From NCBI GenBank assembly GCA_965222225.1, contig CBDCTK010000002.1, positions 1,280,001 through 1,344,000 on the forward strand: DNA of 64,000 bases. The letters are read 5' to 3'. Under the pieces are notes generated by a model that saw only the letters and a program-made list of their open reading frames with translations, did not search any database and was not told where the DNA came from. Source of the DNA: Candidatus Poribacteria bacterium (lineage in GTDB: Bacteria; Poribacteria; WGA-4E; JAJDTR01). The first letter of the stretch is position 1. Each line of letters starts with the position of its first letter. Position numbers and translations under genes: made by a program. Shown here one piece after another: positions 40,710-52,280 of the stretch.

Positions 40710-41645
40710 CTATTTAGGTGCCAACTCACCCAGTGAGGTTTGACCTCGTGAAATAAACTCCCACTTGGGACTCTCGATGCGCCCGTATCCTTGCCACACT
40801 TTGAATCCAAGTAACGCCAATAGTTCAGGCGACGCATCCCTCAAAACTGCAGGAGCTGTCCCAACCACAAGGTTCTCCTGCTGTCGGAATTGGGGTGCGC
40901 AGAAATAACTCAAAGCACCTAGCCGTGGAGCGTCGCTAACATTCGTACCGGTGCTATGCCATAATCGTCCTTCAAAAACCATCGCAGTGCCAGCGGGAGC
41001 GACCACAGGGATAGATTCCACATCCTTATCCAAATCCACGTCTGGTTGCTGTCCGCTTAAATGACTCCGCGGCACAACGTGAGTTGCACCATTCTCCTCA
41101 GTGAAATCCGTAAGCATCCACATGACGTTGCAAGCAACTGCCGGCGGCATCGAATTTGAAGGCGCAGTGTCCCCATGGCTAAGGCGCCTGCCCCTAAAGC
41201 GTGCACCTGTCATCGATCCGGGTTTAACCGTTTCCTGATGAGGCCGGACTGCCTTTGGCATCCACCATTGATCGGTGTGAAATCCCATCACCCCTCCCGG
41301 CTTCGCGATATTGGCGGTGAAACTTGACAACAGAAATTCATCGCCCAGCACATGTCTCACGAGCGTTCTCACGACTTTGTGTAGTAGCAAATCACGAAAT
41401 ACTTTTCCCTTGTTGACTAGGAACCAGACTCGCTGATTCACTCCGGTATCATTTGGCCCCGCATCCTCAAAGGCAAGCCCGCGTTGCTTCTCACCGGCAG
41501 CTTGCTCTTCCAACCTGTTCCGAAGCGTGATGACTTCTTCTGCGCTGAGTGCATTTTCAACCAAGCAGTAGCCGAATTCGTCTAGATTCGCCGCAGCAAG
41601 TGCCAAATCTGTCGTGAGTTTAGGAAATTCATCAGTGTTTTTCAC
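40710..41645 (-). CDS. Phytanoyl-CoA dioxygenase (PhyH) family protein
   Basis: HTDQ, LTDFTEENGAT.VVP.SH, AGTAMVFEGRLWH; GTG start after GGAGG. Confidence 0.9.
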   Translation of the reverse strand: MKNTDEFPKLTTDLALAAANLDEFGYCLVENALSAEEVITLRNRLEEQAAGEKQRGLAFEDAGPNDTGVNQRVWFLVNKGKVFRDLLLHKVVRTLVRHVLGDEFLLSSFTANIAKPGGVMGFHTDQWWMPKAVRPHQETVKPGSMTGARFRGRRLSHGDTAPSNSMPPAVACNVMWMLTDFTEENGATHVVPRSHLSGQQPDVDLDKDVESIPVVAPAGTAMVFEGRLWHSTGTNVSDAPRLGALSYFCAPQFRQQENLVVGTAPAVLRDASPELLALLGFKVWQGYGRIESPKWEFISRGQTSLGELAPK

Positions 41646-42051
41646 TAGGAAACCTCCAATATCTTCATATATCCCCCTGCGATCCGCCGAAAAACTCGTG
41701 CATATAGATGCCACGGCTTGTGCTACCGCGAAACTAATCTCTTCTTAATCCTCACAGTGTTTTCCGCGCACCGCACAATGTCTGAATTATAGCACAGATT
41801 TCAATCTCATTGTACAATTTTCCGAATGTGTCACATCAAGAAGATGCTGTTGAACTAGAACATTCTCCGTTTTTTTGTGGATTGGATAAAGATATTCTGG
41901 AAATATTGCAGGCAAATAGGTTAAAATTAAGAATCGCAGGGAATGAACGACTCATTCCCAATCTGCGGTTGGTTACATCAATGTCAAATGCATTAACTCT
42001 GAACAGGTTCTGAACAGGTCCCGAAAGGGACTTAAGGAGACATAGGATACA

Positions 42052-42252
42052 ATGGCAACAGGTCGAATCAAATGGTTTAGCGACCAGAAAGGTTACGGTT
42101 TCATCGTGACTGATGACGGTCAAGATGTTTTTGTGCACTACTCCAACGTTGAGGGCGAAGGATTTAAAACCCTTGATGAAGACCAGGAAGTCGAGTTCGA
42201 TATTGTCCAAGGAGACAAAGGGCTTCAGGCTGAGAATGTGGTCAAAATCTGA
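42052..42252 (+). CDS. Cold-shock protein (CspA family)
   Basis: KWF..KGYGFI, DVFVHYS (RNP1/RNP2). Confidence 0.96.
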   Translation: MATGRIKWFSDQKGYGFIVTDDGQDVFVHYSNVEGEGFKTLDEDQEVEFDIVQGDKGLQAENVVKI

Positions 42253-42292
42253 AACGCGTATCATCCACTCCTCCCAATTGAGTGTCGCGTGG

Positions 42293-42324
42293 AAAAGGCT
42301 CTCATTAGTTTGAGAGCCTTTTTT
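42293..42324 (+). terminator. Intrinsic terminator
   Basis: AAAAGGCTCTCA-TTAGTT-TGAGAGCCTTTTTT. Confidence 0.8.
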
Positions 42325-42498
42325 ATGTCACAGAATTCGGAACAGAATCGCTTCTCCGACGCCGCAATTCACATTTCCGATATTAGCACGGTTGAGACCC
42401 AATATACTGCAATCTATGTAACCAATGCTGCGGTAAATTCCATTCCTTTTCCTTCTGAAGCGCCGCTTTCTGCAATAGCCTAATACGAAACATACAAC

Positions 42499-43485
42499 AT
42501 GCCGTCTATGAAGAGCATTGATTTTGAACGAATCCGCCGCATTCTCATTATCCGACTTGCGCCCCTGGGCGAAACGGTCTTGATGACGCCTGTGATTCGT
42601 GCACTGCGACAGGAATTTCCGGACGCACATATTGCGTGCATGACTGATTCGATTCGTACAGATCTTGTGCGTGCGAATCCAAATCTTGACGACGTCATTC
42701 CCTATCAATCGTTCGTTCCAAGATTGATATTTAGTATGGTGAAACGGTCGTTCCAATTGGCTGTCGTACTTCAACCAACGTTTCGTCTAGTGCTACACAC
42801 ATTTCTCGCTAGGATTCCGTATCGGGTCGGGTTTGAAACCAACTCTGGTGGACGGAGACTGCTGCATCTTTCCGTGCCAAACAACACGAACCAACATGAA
42901 ACCGCTAGATACTTGGGTGTGGTGCGCTTACTCGGAATTGATCCCGAGAGTGATGAGCCGGAAGTCTTTGTGGATCAAAAAACACAGGCGTGGGCAAACG
43001 AATTTCTACTCAACGCCAAGATTAACGGCGATTTACCGTTGATTGGACTCAATCCTGGTTCCGGCACGACTTATAGACGATGGGCGAAAGAGCGGTTTGC
43101 AGAAGTTGGCAATTTGCTTCAGGTGGGACATAATGCCCAACTAATTATTTTGGGAGGACCACAAGAGGCGCACCTACCGTATGAATTAGCAGCGTTGATA
43201 GACGGCGAAACAACCGTAATCACTGACACCACCCCGCTGCAGCTTGCCGCAATTATTCAAAAGTGTAATCTCTTTATAAGCAACGACACGGGCCCCATGC
43301 ACTTGAGCACTGCGGTCAAAACACCCACAATCGCTCTATTCGGCGCGTCAAATCCTATTCAATGGGCACCCATCTGGCCCCAACATAAAGTTATAGCTCG
43401 CAACAGCATGGAGGAGATTACCGTTGAAGAAGTATTATCTGTCGTGCAAGAATGCCTAGACGGAGCCTCTGTAGCTAAAAAGTAG
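42499..43485 (+). CDS. Glycosyltransferase family 9 (heptosyltransferase-like)
   Basis: RILIIRL..LGE, IGLNPGS, ISNDTGPMHL, PTIALFG. Confidence 0.92.
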   Translation: MPSMKSIDFERIRRILIIRLAPLGETVLMTPVIRALRQEFPDAHIACMTDSIRTDLVRANPNLDDVIPYQSFVPRLIFSMVKRSFQLAVVLQPTFRLVLHTFLARIPYRVGFETNSGGRRLLHLSVPNNTNQHETARYLGVVRLLGIDPESDEPEVFVDQKTQAWANEFLLNAKINGDLPLIGLNPGSGTTYRRWAKERFAEVGNLLQVGHNAQLIILGGPQEAHLPYELAALIDGETTVITDTTPLQLAAIIQKCNLFISNDTGPMHLSTAVKTPTIALFGASNPIQWAPIWPQHKVIARNSMEEITVEEVLSVVQECLDGASVAKK

Positions 43486-43551
43486 AACCAAAAAATTAAA
43501 GAGGCGCGGGTTGTAGACTATTAAACGCTTAATCCCCCAACGAAGTCTATT

Positions 43552-45159
43552 ATGGCAAGGAAATTGATAGGAAAGTTTTCGATGCAAACAAAAGATAGAC
43601 CATCATCTGCAAAAGTAAAATCTCGTACCGCAGGACCGCCAGTGAGTCAGCACCAACAGATTATTCAAATCCTGTTGTCTATCATCCAACGTCGTATGCG
43701 AGTGCAATCTATCTTCACGCGGTTAGCTCGCTATGCGTTCTGGGCATTGCTCCTCACGAGTGGGATGATTCTCCTTAGTCGATTCCTACGATTACCAAAC
43801 ATCCCGACCGTTGTTGTTCTCATACCAATCATACTTGCTGCCATACTAGCGATTGGACCGGCGTTCGTGCGAAAAGTTTCTCCATCCGCCGTCGCCCTTT
43901 TCGTTGACAAACAGTTGAACCTGAAAGAACGCTTCAGCACCGCCGTCGAATTGATTCAAAGAAAAGCAACGGACGACCTCAGCCACCTACAAATACGTGA
44001 TGCCGCAACTATTTGTACCGCAACGTCTCCGTCGGCAGTCGTACCATATAGGTTCCCGCCAGCTCTCAAATGGTTTCCGATACCGGCATTACTGCTCATA
44101 GCCTCCTTCGCCATGCCACGCATGTATGAACTGCCCCTCCCTCCAACAGCCGCCGAGAAGAAAGCAATTGAAGAGACTGTGGAGAACTTCAATCGAATGA
44201 TAGGTGAAATTGACAATCCTGTGCTAGCTAAGAAAATTCAAGACGCCATAAAAAGACTTAAAAAGACCGACAGTCTCACAGTCCAAGATCGATTGAGCAA
44301 ACTCCGCGATGAGGTTCGTGCCCGGAAGCAACCATACACCGAGAATGAATTCGAAGAAGTAAGCAAAGTTTTCGCCGAAGTCAGCGACGAATCTAATCGT
44401 TTCAAGAACATGAACCCGAGCAAACTTGCCGAGGAGCTAGCAAAACTCGCGAATGAGGAAAATCTCACTCCGGAGTTTCAAGAAGAACTCCGAGCGCTCT
44501 TCAAAAAAATCGCCGAACGATTGGAGGGAAACAGTGTCGCCAAAAACCTCATGAAAGAACTGGATGAACTTCAAACGCAAACGGTCAGTCGGGATACTTT
44601 GAAGAAAATTGCGCGCCAGTTGGCAAATATGGATAAATTGGCTAGGAACCGTGAGCAGTTGGAACAGGTGTTGGAACAAATCGCGGCGAGCCGTAAAAAC
44701 ATTGCATTGGCAAGCCTAAATCTCGAAATCGATAGGGATTCTGGCGGGATTGCAAATAGTGAAGGTGGTGCCGGCGACGAATCGACAACTGGAGAAACGC
44801 GGGGGACAATTGCGGCAGCGGATTCAGACTTCGTGCCGGAGAAAACAGTTGAAGAGGCAGAATTTGGAAATAATCCAACGGCAACTGAACCGACACAATC
44901 TCTACGAACAGATGGGCCGAAACTCACGTTGAGGGGGGACACCTTGTCGGATTCAAAAACGCTTGCAGATACCAACGTCTATGTAGGAAAGGGCGCTCCG
45001 GACGGTGAAGATAACGCCGAATATATACCATACCGCAAGGTGTATCTCAATGCGAAGCAGGAATATGCCGAAGCAATTGGGAACAATCGTATCCCTGTGC
45101 GTTATCAGCAGTTAATTAGTGACTATTTGGAGGCAATCACGAATCCCTCTAGGGAGTAG
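43552..45159 (+). CDS. Membrane-anchored coiled-coil hypothetical protein
   Basis: N-terminal TM helices, LKERFSTAVE, helical middle, C-terminal IPVRYQQLISDY. Confidence 0.75.
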   Translation: MARKLIGKFSMQTKDRPSSAKVKSRTAGPPVSQHQQIIQILLSIIQRRMRVQSIFTRLARYAFWALLLTSGMILLSRFLRLPNIPTVVVLIPIILAAILAIGPAFVRKVSPSAVALFVDKQLNLKERFSTAVELIQRKATDDLSHLQIRDAATICTATSPSAVVPYRFPPALKWFPIPALLLIASFAMPRMYELPLPPTAAEKKAIEETVENFNRMIGEIDNPVLAKKIQDAIKRLKKTDSLTVQDRLSKLRDEVRARKQPYTENEFEEVSKVFAEVSDESNRFKNMNPSKLAEELAKLANEENLTPEFQEELRALFKKIAERLEGNSVAKNLMKELDELQTQTVSRDTLKKIARQLANMDKLARNREQLEQVLEQIAASRKNIALASLNLEIDRDSGGIANSEGGAGDESTTGETRGTIAAADSDFVPEKTVEEAEFGNNPTATEPTQSLRTDGPKLTLRGDTLSDSKTLADTNVYVGKGAPDGEDNAEYIPYRKVYLNAKQEYAEAIGNNRIPVRYQQLISDYLEAITNPSRE

Positions 45160-45193
45160 CTGTCCTACGATCGTTTCTGGTCAAAGCGTTCCT

Positions 45194-45871
45194 ATGAAGA
45201 AGCATTTGATTAAATTAATCTGTTTTGTCGCTCTGGTTACCGTTGTGTACCTTCTTTTGAGACATCTTGGCATCACTGAAAACCTTTCCCGCGACAAAAT
45301 CCCGAAACTTAAAGCGGAAATTAGCAGCTTCGGCGTCTTTGCACCGCTTGTTTACATCGGGTTCTATGTGCTGGCGACCATTCTTTTCCTCCCCGGTTTG
45401 CCGATTACCATGCTTTCCGGGCTGGTATTTGGGCCAATATGGGGCGTCGTTTATGCCTCTATCGGATCAGTAATTGGCATTTCGTGTGCCTTTCTTATTG
45501 CACGCTATGTTGCCCGCGGCATGGTTGAGAGATGGGTTGACCACAACGCACATTTTCAGCGGATTGATGAAGGCGTGAGGCGCCAAGGCTGGCGAATGCT
45601 GATGATTACCCGGCTGCTCCCGATATTCCCGTTCAATCTACAGAATTACGTCTACGGTCTCACGAAGATCAAGTTCGTTACATTTCTATTTGTTTCATGG
45701 AGTTGTATGTTGCCGGGTACGGCAGCGTATGTTCAATTGGGGGCAGCGGTAAATGTTGGCGAGGGAAACATAAAAAAGACCTTGTTTTATCTTGCTGGCG
45801 CTGCTCTGTGCATTGTTCTGGTATCATTGATTCCAAGCATTATCCGCAAGCGGGAGCTAAGCTTAAGGTGA
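45194..45871 (+). CDS. TVP38/TMEM64 (VTT/DedA-like) membrane protein
   Basis: FLPG, GLVFG, FLIARY, RLLPIFPFNLQNY.YGLT. Confidence 0.9.
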   Translation: MKKHLIKLICFVALVTVVYLLLRHLGITENLSRDKIPKLKAEISSFGVFAPLVYIGFYVLATILFLPGLPITMLSGLVFGPIWGVVYASIGSVIGISCAFLIARYVARGMVERWVDHNAHFQRIDEGVRRQGWRMLMITRLLPIFPFNLQNYVYGLTKIKFVTFLFVSWSCMLPGTAAYVQLGAAVNVGEGNIKKTLFYLAGAALCIVLVSLIPSIIRKRELSLR

Positions 45872-46185
45872 GCAACTGTCTTCCTATGAATTATGAAAGC
45901 GGCTCCTTGCAGTTAGAGGCCATGTGCGCGGCTAAACTTTGGTTGTCTTTTGAGAAACTAAAGAGATTTGACTGGGATTCACGCCTATGATAGACTTGCG
46001 GATTGAATTAAAAACGGCATGAGTACCGATTTCCACAAACAGATAAGACAAACCTACTGGAATAGCGTCACGGAGATTTCCATGCTATACGCGCAACAAA
46101 TCTCACTGTCGCAAAACGTTTTCCGGATTTTGAGAATATACGTTGCAATTCTGAATCTAACTAAGTGTCAAGGATTCATCGCATG

Positions 46186-46227
46186 CGCCAGATTGACAGG
46201 GACATGAGCGACATTGCCAATCTGGCA
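46186..46227. promoter_or_regulatory. Paired palindromic operator/enhancer boxes upstream of the dnaK unit
   Basis: CGCCAGATTGACA (46186) and TGCCAATCTGGCA (46215); same motif pair upstream of clpB. Confidence 0.55.
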
Positions 46228-46390
46228 TAAGTTGAAACACTTAATCAACAGTTCGTGCGCGGCGCAAAACAGCATATTCTTCAACACAAATTATGGAATT
46301 TGGTCATCAATCAACTACAAAATTACCGAGATTCGGTGCAGGATATCCAGATAAAGGCATTGTGCAATCCTTTATCTCGTAGGTTATTCT

Positions 46391-46407
46391 CCGGCACAGA
46401 TATTGCT
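46391..46407 (+). promoter_or_regulatory. Sigma-54 (-24/-12) promoter
   Basis: CCGGCACAGATATTGCT, GG-N10-GC, about 75 bp before ATG 46483. Confidence 0.65.
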
Positions 46408-46482
46408 CTCCACCTGTGAATGTTGTCGATGCCACTGCGGTGCCGGTGCGAATCGGCTTAGCAGAGAAGGGAAAAATGTCCA

Positions 46483-46944
46483 ATGGTCGGGCGAACACAT
46501 CGTATTCTAATCGTTGATGATGACGGTGCTTCATTAGAAGTATTGAGCGAAGTGTTGAACCGTGCCAACTACGAGACATTTTCTGCATCAACTGGATATG
46601 ACGCCGTGAAAATCATCCAAGAGAAACCACTAGACTTAGCGATTCTCGATTACAATCTTCCGGATACAACTGGCTTGGAACTACTTCAGCATATTAAGCG
46701 AATCAGACCTAGCATGTTTGTCATCATTATGAGCGCAAACACCTCGACAAACGTCAAGTTTGACGTGTTCGAGGCGGGCGCATTCACTTTCATTCCGAAA
46801 CCTATAGATTTACGCCAATTCCTACAATTCGTTAGGCGTGCATTGGGTTTCAAAGAGCAGTCCGTTGCAAGTTCCCGGCGACGCGCTAACACCGTTCAGA
46901 TAAGGAAATCAATCTTCTTTCGATGGACTCGCATCGTCAAGTAA
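46483..46944 (+). CDS. Single-domain response regulator
   Basis: ILIVDDD, DLAILDYNLPDTTG, IIMSA, FIPKP. Confidence 0.9.
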   Translation: MVGRTHRILIVDDDGASLEVLSEVLNRANYETFSASTGYDAVKIIQEKPLDLAILDYNLPDTTGLELLQHIKRIRPSMFVIIMSANTSTNVKFDVFEAGAFTFIPKPIDLRQFLQFVRRALGFKEQSVASSRRRANTVQIRKSIFFRWTRIVK

Positions 46945-46976
46945 ACTAAAAATTAGGAAAATAGAGGATATATAAA

Positions 46977-48926
46977 ATGAGCAAAGTCATTGGAATCGAT
47001 TTAGGAACAACCAACTCATGTGTCGCAATCTTGGAAAGCGGCGACGCGAAAGTGATTGAAAATGCCGAGGGTGTGCGCACGACTCCCTCGGTTGTCGCCT
47101 TCACGAAAGACGGAGAGCGACTCGTTGGCCAAGTTGCCAAACGCCAAGCAATTACCAACCCAACGAACACCGTGTTCTCAATAAAGAGGTTCATGGGTAG
47201 AAAACATAGTGAGATTGGCGAAGAGCTCAAACGCGTGCCCTATGACGTAGTCGTCGACAAAGATGGTGATGCGGCGGTAAAAATTGAAGAAAAAACCTAT
47301 TCGCCGCCCGAAATCTCCGCAATGACGCTGCAAAAAATGAGAGAAACGGCGGAGGCCTACCTCGGCGAAACAGTCACGCAGGCAGTCATCACTGTGCCAG
47401 CCTATTTCAACGATTCGCAACGACAAGCAACGAAAGATGCGGGTAGAATTGCAGGTTTGGAGGTGCTGCGGATTATCAATGAACCAACAGCCGCGTCGTT
47501 GGCATACGGGCTAGAAAACAAAAAGGAGCTCAAAATTGCTGTTTACGACTTGGGGGGTGGAACCTTTGACATCTCAATCCTAGAGATTGGCGACGGGGTT
47601 TTTGAAGTCAAAAGCACCAATGGCGATACCCACCTTGGCGGCGATGACTTCGACCAGCAAATTATTGATTGGCTTGCCGAAGAGTTTAAACGTGAACAAG
47701 GCATCGACTTGCGCAAAGACACTATGGCGCTCCAACGACTCAAGGAAGGCGCGGAAAAAGCGAAATGCGAGTTGTCAACAGCTCTGCAAACCGACGTAAA
47801 TCTGCCCTTCATCACCGCCGACGCGAGCGGACCAAAACACCTGAATCTGTCTCTTTCTCGCGTAAGACTTGAGCAACTCACAGACGATCTAGTTGAACGC
47901 ACGCTTGAGCCGTGTCGAAGAGCGCTTTCCGATGCAAACCTGTCTCCTCAGGATATTGATGAGGTCATTCTTGTCGGTGGACAGACGCGGATGCCCAAAG
48001 TTCAAGAAGCCGTTCAGGCTCTTTTCGAAAGGGAACCACATAAAGGAGTTAATCCGGATGAAGTGGTCGCAATCGGCGCAGCCATACAGGGTGGAGTTCT
48101 TTCCGGCGACTCTGAGGTCAAAGACATTCTTCTGCTTGATGTCACACCCCTCTCGCTGGGTATTGAGACCTTGGGTGGAATGTCTACCAAACTAATCGAA
48201 CGCAATACGACCATCCCCACGGAAAAATCGCAGATTTTTACCACAGCCGATGACAGCCAAACGTCCGTCGACGTGCACGTACTTCAAGGGGAGCGTGAAC
48301 AAGCGGCTTACAACAAAACAATTGGGCGTTTTCGCTTAGATGGAATCCCGCCAGCCCGCCGGGGGATTCCGCAGATTGAGGTCTCATTCAATATTGACGC
48401 CAACGGGATTCTCAAGGTGTCAGCGAAGGACACTGCCACTGGGAAGGAACAGCATATTACCATCACCGCCTCCTCTGGTTTGTCAGCGGCAGAAATCGAG
48501 CAGATGGTCAAGGATGCCGAAACTCATGCCGATGAAGATAGAAGCAAACGTGAGGAATTTGAAGTCCGTCATCGTGCAGATTCTCTTGTCTACGAAACTG
48601 AAAAGAGTATAACGGAATTTAACGACAAGATTGATGCTGAAACAAAAAGCAAAGTCGAAGGCGCGGTTGAACGAGTCAAGGAAGCTTTGAAAGGTGAGAA
48701 TCAGGAAGAGATTAAATCCGCTTCTGAAGATTTGACTCAGATTTGGCATCAAGCATCTGCAGAATTATATCAACAGACGGCTTCTTCTCAACAAGACGAA
48801 GCGCCGACTGCAGATCATCCTCGCAGCGCCCCAACCGATGAATCTGCGGCGCCCAGCGGTGAAGGCGAAGTTATCGATGCTGATTACGAGGTCGTTGATG
48901 AAGACGCCGACAAAAATAAGAGGTAA
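46977..48926 (+). CDS. dnaK: Chaperone DnaK
   Basis: [34 protein letters not shown]. Confidence 0.99.
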   Translation: MSKVIGIDLGTTNSCVAILESGDAKVIENAEGVRTTPSVVAFTKDGERLVGQVAKRQAITNPTNTVFSIKRFMGRKHSEIGEELKRVPYDVVVDKDGDAAVKIEEKTYSPPEISAMTLQKMRETAEAYLGETVTQAVITVPAYFNDSQRQATKDAGRIAGLEVLRIINEPTAASLAYGLENKKELKIAVYDLGGGTFDISILEIGDGVFEVKSTNGDTHLGGDDFDQQIIDWLAEEFKREQGIDLRKDTMALQRLKEGAEKAKCELSTALQTDVNLPFITADASGPKHLNLSLSRVRLEQLTDDLVERTLEPCRRALSDANLSPQDIDEVILVGGQTRMPKVQEAVQALFEREPHKGVNPDEVVAIGAAIQGGVLSGDSEVKDILLLDVTPLSLGIETLGGMSTKLIERNTTIPTEKSQIFTTADDSQTSVDVHVLQGEREQAAYNKTIGRFRLDGIPPARRGIPQIEVSFNIDANGILKVSAKDTATGKEQHITITASSGLSAAEIEQMVKDAETHADEDRSKREEFEVRHRADSLVYETEKSITEFNDKIDAETKSKVEGAVERVKEALKGENQEEIKSASEDLTQIWHQASAELYQQTASSQQDEAPTADHPRSAPTDESAAPSGEGEVIDADYEVVDEDADKNKR

Positions 48927-48999
48927 ACCCTGCCAGCAGGAGAACCGACCCAATCTCGGCGTATTGAGATCATCATCTCATTGTGATGAGTTCACCCAT

Positions 49000-49040
49000 A
49001 GAAACCGAAGTTTTTTCTCGAAAACTCGGTTTCTTTTTTG
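49000..49040 (+). terminator. Hairpin/terminator after dnaK
   Basis: AGAAACCGA...TCGGTTTCT followed by T run. Confidence 0.55.
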
Positions 49041-49092
49041 CACATTCCTGTAGACTCAAACGACTGAATATGGAATGCCATAGGGATACCTC

Positions 49093-49493
49093 GTAGGGAA
49101 CAACGATCGTTGTTCCGCTTCTCTCCTCAAAAGACCAAAAATAGCTTTGCTACCATTTCTTCAAACACGCTCTAACTTCAGGTTATTGCGAATGCCGAGG
49201 CCTGTGTGTTGGCTGGCTATATCATTCGGCAATCGGCAAAATCACGGTGTCTCAAAGCGCCCTACTTCGATGGAAAGTCCGTCGGCGATTCCGCCCCAAG
49301 AATAGTCGCACCAGGCTATAGGAAAAGTCCTGCAGAAGTAATCCCTGCTATAGTTATTGTAACTAAAAATTTTACACCTAAGACTTACGTTGTACGGTTT
49401 GTAGTAGCGCAATTTATCACGCGATTTCTGTAGGAGCGATATCTCTTGGTCGCGAGAGCGCCTAAGCGCGGCAGGGCAAGATGCCCTGCCTAC
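49093..49493. repeat. Cluster of GTAG-type REP-like palindromes
   Basis: GTAGGGAACAACGATCGTTGTTCC (49093), GTAG-led units at 49401 and 49430, GGCAGGGCAAGATGCCCTGCCTAC (49470). Confidence 0.55.
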
Positions 49494-49570
49494 GGTAGCT
49501 GCCTCCTGTTGCCGCGTCAGCCCTATATGTGTAAACATGAATGTAAATGACTATAATGAGTCCTAGCCCC

Positions 49571-49627
49571 AACAAAAAAGCGCCTCCCATCAGTAAAGTC
49601 TTCACTGAAAAGGAGACGCTTTTTGTT
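49571..49627 (-). terminator. Long hairpin terminator after clpB
   Basis: AACAAAAAAGCGCCTCC...GGAGACGCTTTTTGTT. Confidence 0.7.
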
Positions 49628-49665
49628 ACTGTTTTCCTTACTGGAACACTCGTGATGTAGAGGGA

Positions 49666-52236
49666 TCACACCTCGCGAAAAACAAAATTCCCGTCTTCGA
49701 AATTGACTTCAATCCCAACCCCGTCCCCGACGTGTCCTTCAAGCATTTCGATTGCAAGTGGATTCAGGATATCGCGCTGAATGGTCCGACGCAGTGGTCG
49801 TGCACCGTAAACCTCGTCATAGCCGCGAGTTGCAAGCTCTTCCTTTGCTAACTCCGTCATGCACAACGCAATCTCTTTGTCCGCAAGACGACTGCTGAGC
49901 ACATCAAGTTCAAGCGACACAATCTGCTTAAACTCCTTTAATCCCAACCTATCAAAAATGATAAGATCGTCAATACGGTTCAGAAATTCGGGACGGAACT
50001 GTTGCTGCAATGCTTCCAGCACGCGAGAGCGAAGTCCCTCGGGTGTCAGTTTGCTATCGCTAATCCACTTACTGCCAATGTTCGAGGTCATGACTACAAC
50101 GGTGTTCTTGAAGTCCACCGTGCGTCCATGCCCATCCGTTAATCGACCATCGTCTAGCATCTGCAACAGAATGTTGAACACATCGGGATGTGCCTTTTCA
50201 ATTTCGTCGAACAAGACGACGCAGTAGGGGTGACGACGAACGGCTTCTGTCAGTTGCCCGCCCTCGTCGTAGCCAACATACCCTGGAGGTGCGCCGATAA
50301 GCCTTGACACTGTGTGCTTCTCCATATATTCGCTCATGTCGATTCGCACCATGGCGTTCTGATCATCAAACAGGAATTCCGCAAGCGACTTCGCGACGTG
50401 GGTCTTTCCAACACCCGTTGGTCCCATGAAAACAAAAGAACCGAGTGGTCGATCGGGGTCTTGCAACCCAACTCGTGAGCGTCGAATGGCGTTTGAGATG
50501 GCTTCAACCGCTTCATCCTGTCCTATAACGTGTTCTTTGAGTCGGTCCTCCATGTGGAGCAGTTTCTTGACTTCGCCCTCCATCAACCGGAAAACAGGTA
50601 TACCGGTCCATCTGGAAACAATCTCGGCGATATCCTCTTGGTCGACCTTCTCCTTCAGCATGTGTGAAGATTGCTCGTCCTCCTTTGCCGCCTCAAGTTG
50701 GGCTTCAAGTTCGTAAAGCTCCCCATATCGAATCTGCGAAGCCTTGGCGAGGTCGCCTGCACGTTGTGCCTGCTCCTCCTCAATCTTCAACGCTTCGATC
50801 CGCTCCATCAAGTCGCGAACGCGCTGAATACCCGCTTTTTCATTCTGCCAGTTCGCTTTGAGATGATCTCCCTTTTCCTTCAGCTCGGAAAGCTCTTCTA
50901 GCAGTTTTTTTAATCGTTCCTGAGAGGAAGTATCCTCCTCCTTTTCAAGTGCTTGCCTTTCAATCTCCAACTGAGTGATGCGGCGCTCGACCTCATCAAT
51001 CTCTTCCGGTACGCTATCAATTTCAATCCGCAAACGCGACGCCGCTTCATCAATCAGGTCAACAGCTTTGTCGGGCAGAAACCGATCGGCAATGTAACGC
51101 TTCGAGAGCACCGCCGCCGCAACAATTGCGTTGTCTTGCACCTGAACGCCGTGATGTGTTTCATAGCGCTCCTTGAGGCCTCGCAGGATAGCGATTGTGT
51201 CTTCAACCGATGGCTCCTCAACCATAACAGGTTGAAAACGCCGTTCTAATGCAGCATCTTTTTCGACGTGTTTGCGGTATTCATCAAGTGTGGTCGCCCC
51301 AATGCAATGCAACTCCCCGCGTGCCAACGCAGGCTTCAACATATTGGAAGCGTCCACCGCACCCTCCGCGGCCCCCGCGCCAACGATTGTATGGAGCTCA
51401 TCTATGAACAAGATAACCTGTCCCTCAGATTGTTCAATGTCCTTAAGCACCGCTTTCAGCCGGTCCTCAAACTCGCCACGATACTTCGACCCAGCAATCA
51501 TTGCTCCGAGATCGAGGCCAATGAGCCGTTTGTTTTTCAGGCTCTCGGGCACATCACCGTCGACTATGCGCTGTGCAAGCCCTTCAACAATGGCAGTTTT
51601 GCCGACTCCCGGCTCGCCAATCAACACGGGGTTATTCTTACGCCGACGAGACAATACCTGCATGACACGACGGATTTCGTCATCCCGTCCTATAACAGGA
51701 TCTAGCTTCCCGGACATTGATTCTTGGGTCAAGTCTCGCCCGAACCGTGTTAACGCTTGGTATTTGTCTTCGGGATTCCGATCTGTGACACGTTGTCCAC
51801 CACGAATATTGACCAATGCTTTAAGAATCTTGTCTTTCGTGACACCGTACTTTTTTAAGGTCTTCCCAACTGAGGCCCCCTTGTCCTCAACGCATCCGAT
51901 TAGCAGATGTTCCGTACTAACGTACTCATCTTTCAGGTTGGTCGCCTCTTTCCAAGACCTGTCAAATGCTTCTCTCAGCGCCGACGAAACGCGCAACTCT
52001 TGGTTATCTCCTTGAACTTTTGTTCCCCTTCGAACCCCCTCCTCAACTTCGGATCTGATGGCTTGGACTTCCGCTCCAATTTTTTGGAGAATCGGCGTCA
52101 CTACTCCCTCTTGCTGATCGATTAGAGCGAGCAGCAAATGTTCGACATTGACATCGGGGCTTCCCGCCCGGCTCGCGAAATCTTGCGCGGTCTGCAAGGC
52201 TTCTTGTGATTTTATCGTTAATCGGTCAAATCTCAT
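49666..52236 (-). CDS. clpB: Chaperone ClpB
   Basis: Two AAA+ modules ([16 protein letters not shown]), coiled-coil M domain, GARPLRR. Confidence 0.97.
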   Translation of the reverse strand: MRFDRLTIKSQEALQTAQDFASRAGSPDVNVEHLLLALIDQQEGVVTPILQKIGAEVQAIRSEVEEGVRRGTKVQGDNQELRVSSALREAFDRSWKEATNLKDEYVSTEHLLIGCVEDKGASVGKTLKKYGVTKDKILKALVNIRGGQRVTDRNPEDKYQALTRFGRDLTQESMSGKLDPVIGRDDEIRRVMQVLSRRRKNNPVLIGEPGVGKTAIVEGLAQRIVDGDVPESLKNKRLIGLDLGAMIAGSKYRGEFEDRLKAVLKDIEQSEGQVILFIDELHTIVGAGAAEGAVDASNMLKPALARGELHCIGATTLDEYRKHVEKDAALERRFQPVMVEEPSVEDTIAILRGLKERYETHHGVQVQDNAIVAAAVLSKRYIADRFLPDKAVDLIDEAASRLRIEIDSVPEEIDEVERRITQLEIERQALEKEEDTSSQERLKKLLEELSELKEKGDHLKANWQNEKAGIQRVRDLMERIEALKIEEEQAQRAGDLAKASQIRYGELYELEAQLEAAKEDEQSSHMLKEKVDQEDIAEIVSRWTGIPVFRLMEGEVKKLLHMEDRLKEHVIGQDEAVEAISNAIRRSRVGLQDPDRPLGSFVFMGPTGVGKTHVAKSLAEFLFDDQNAMVRIDMSEYMEKHTVSRLIGAPPGYVGYDEGGQLTEAVRRHPYCVVLFDEIEKAHPDVFNILLQMLDDGRLTDGHGRTVDFKNTVVVMTSNIGSKWISDSKLTPEGLRSRVLEALQQQFRPEFLNRIDDLIIFDRLGLKEFKQIVSLELDVLSSRLADKEIALCMTELAKEELATRGYDEVYGARPLRRTIQRDILNPLAIEMLEGHVGDGVGIEVNFEDGNFVFREV

Positions 52237-52280
52237 TATGGTATTCCTCTCTTTCACAGGTTTGTAGTTTTACTCTATAT

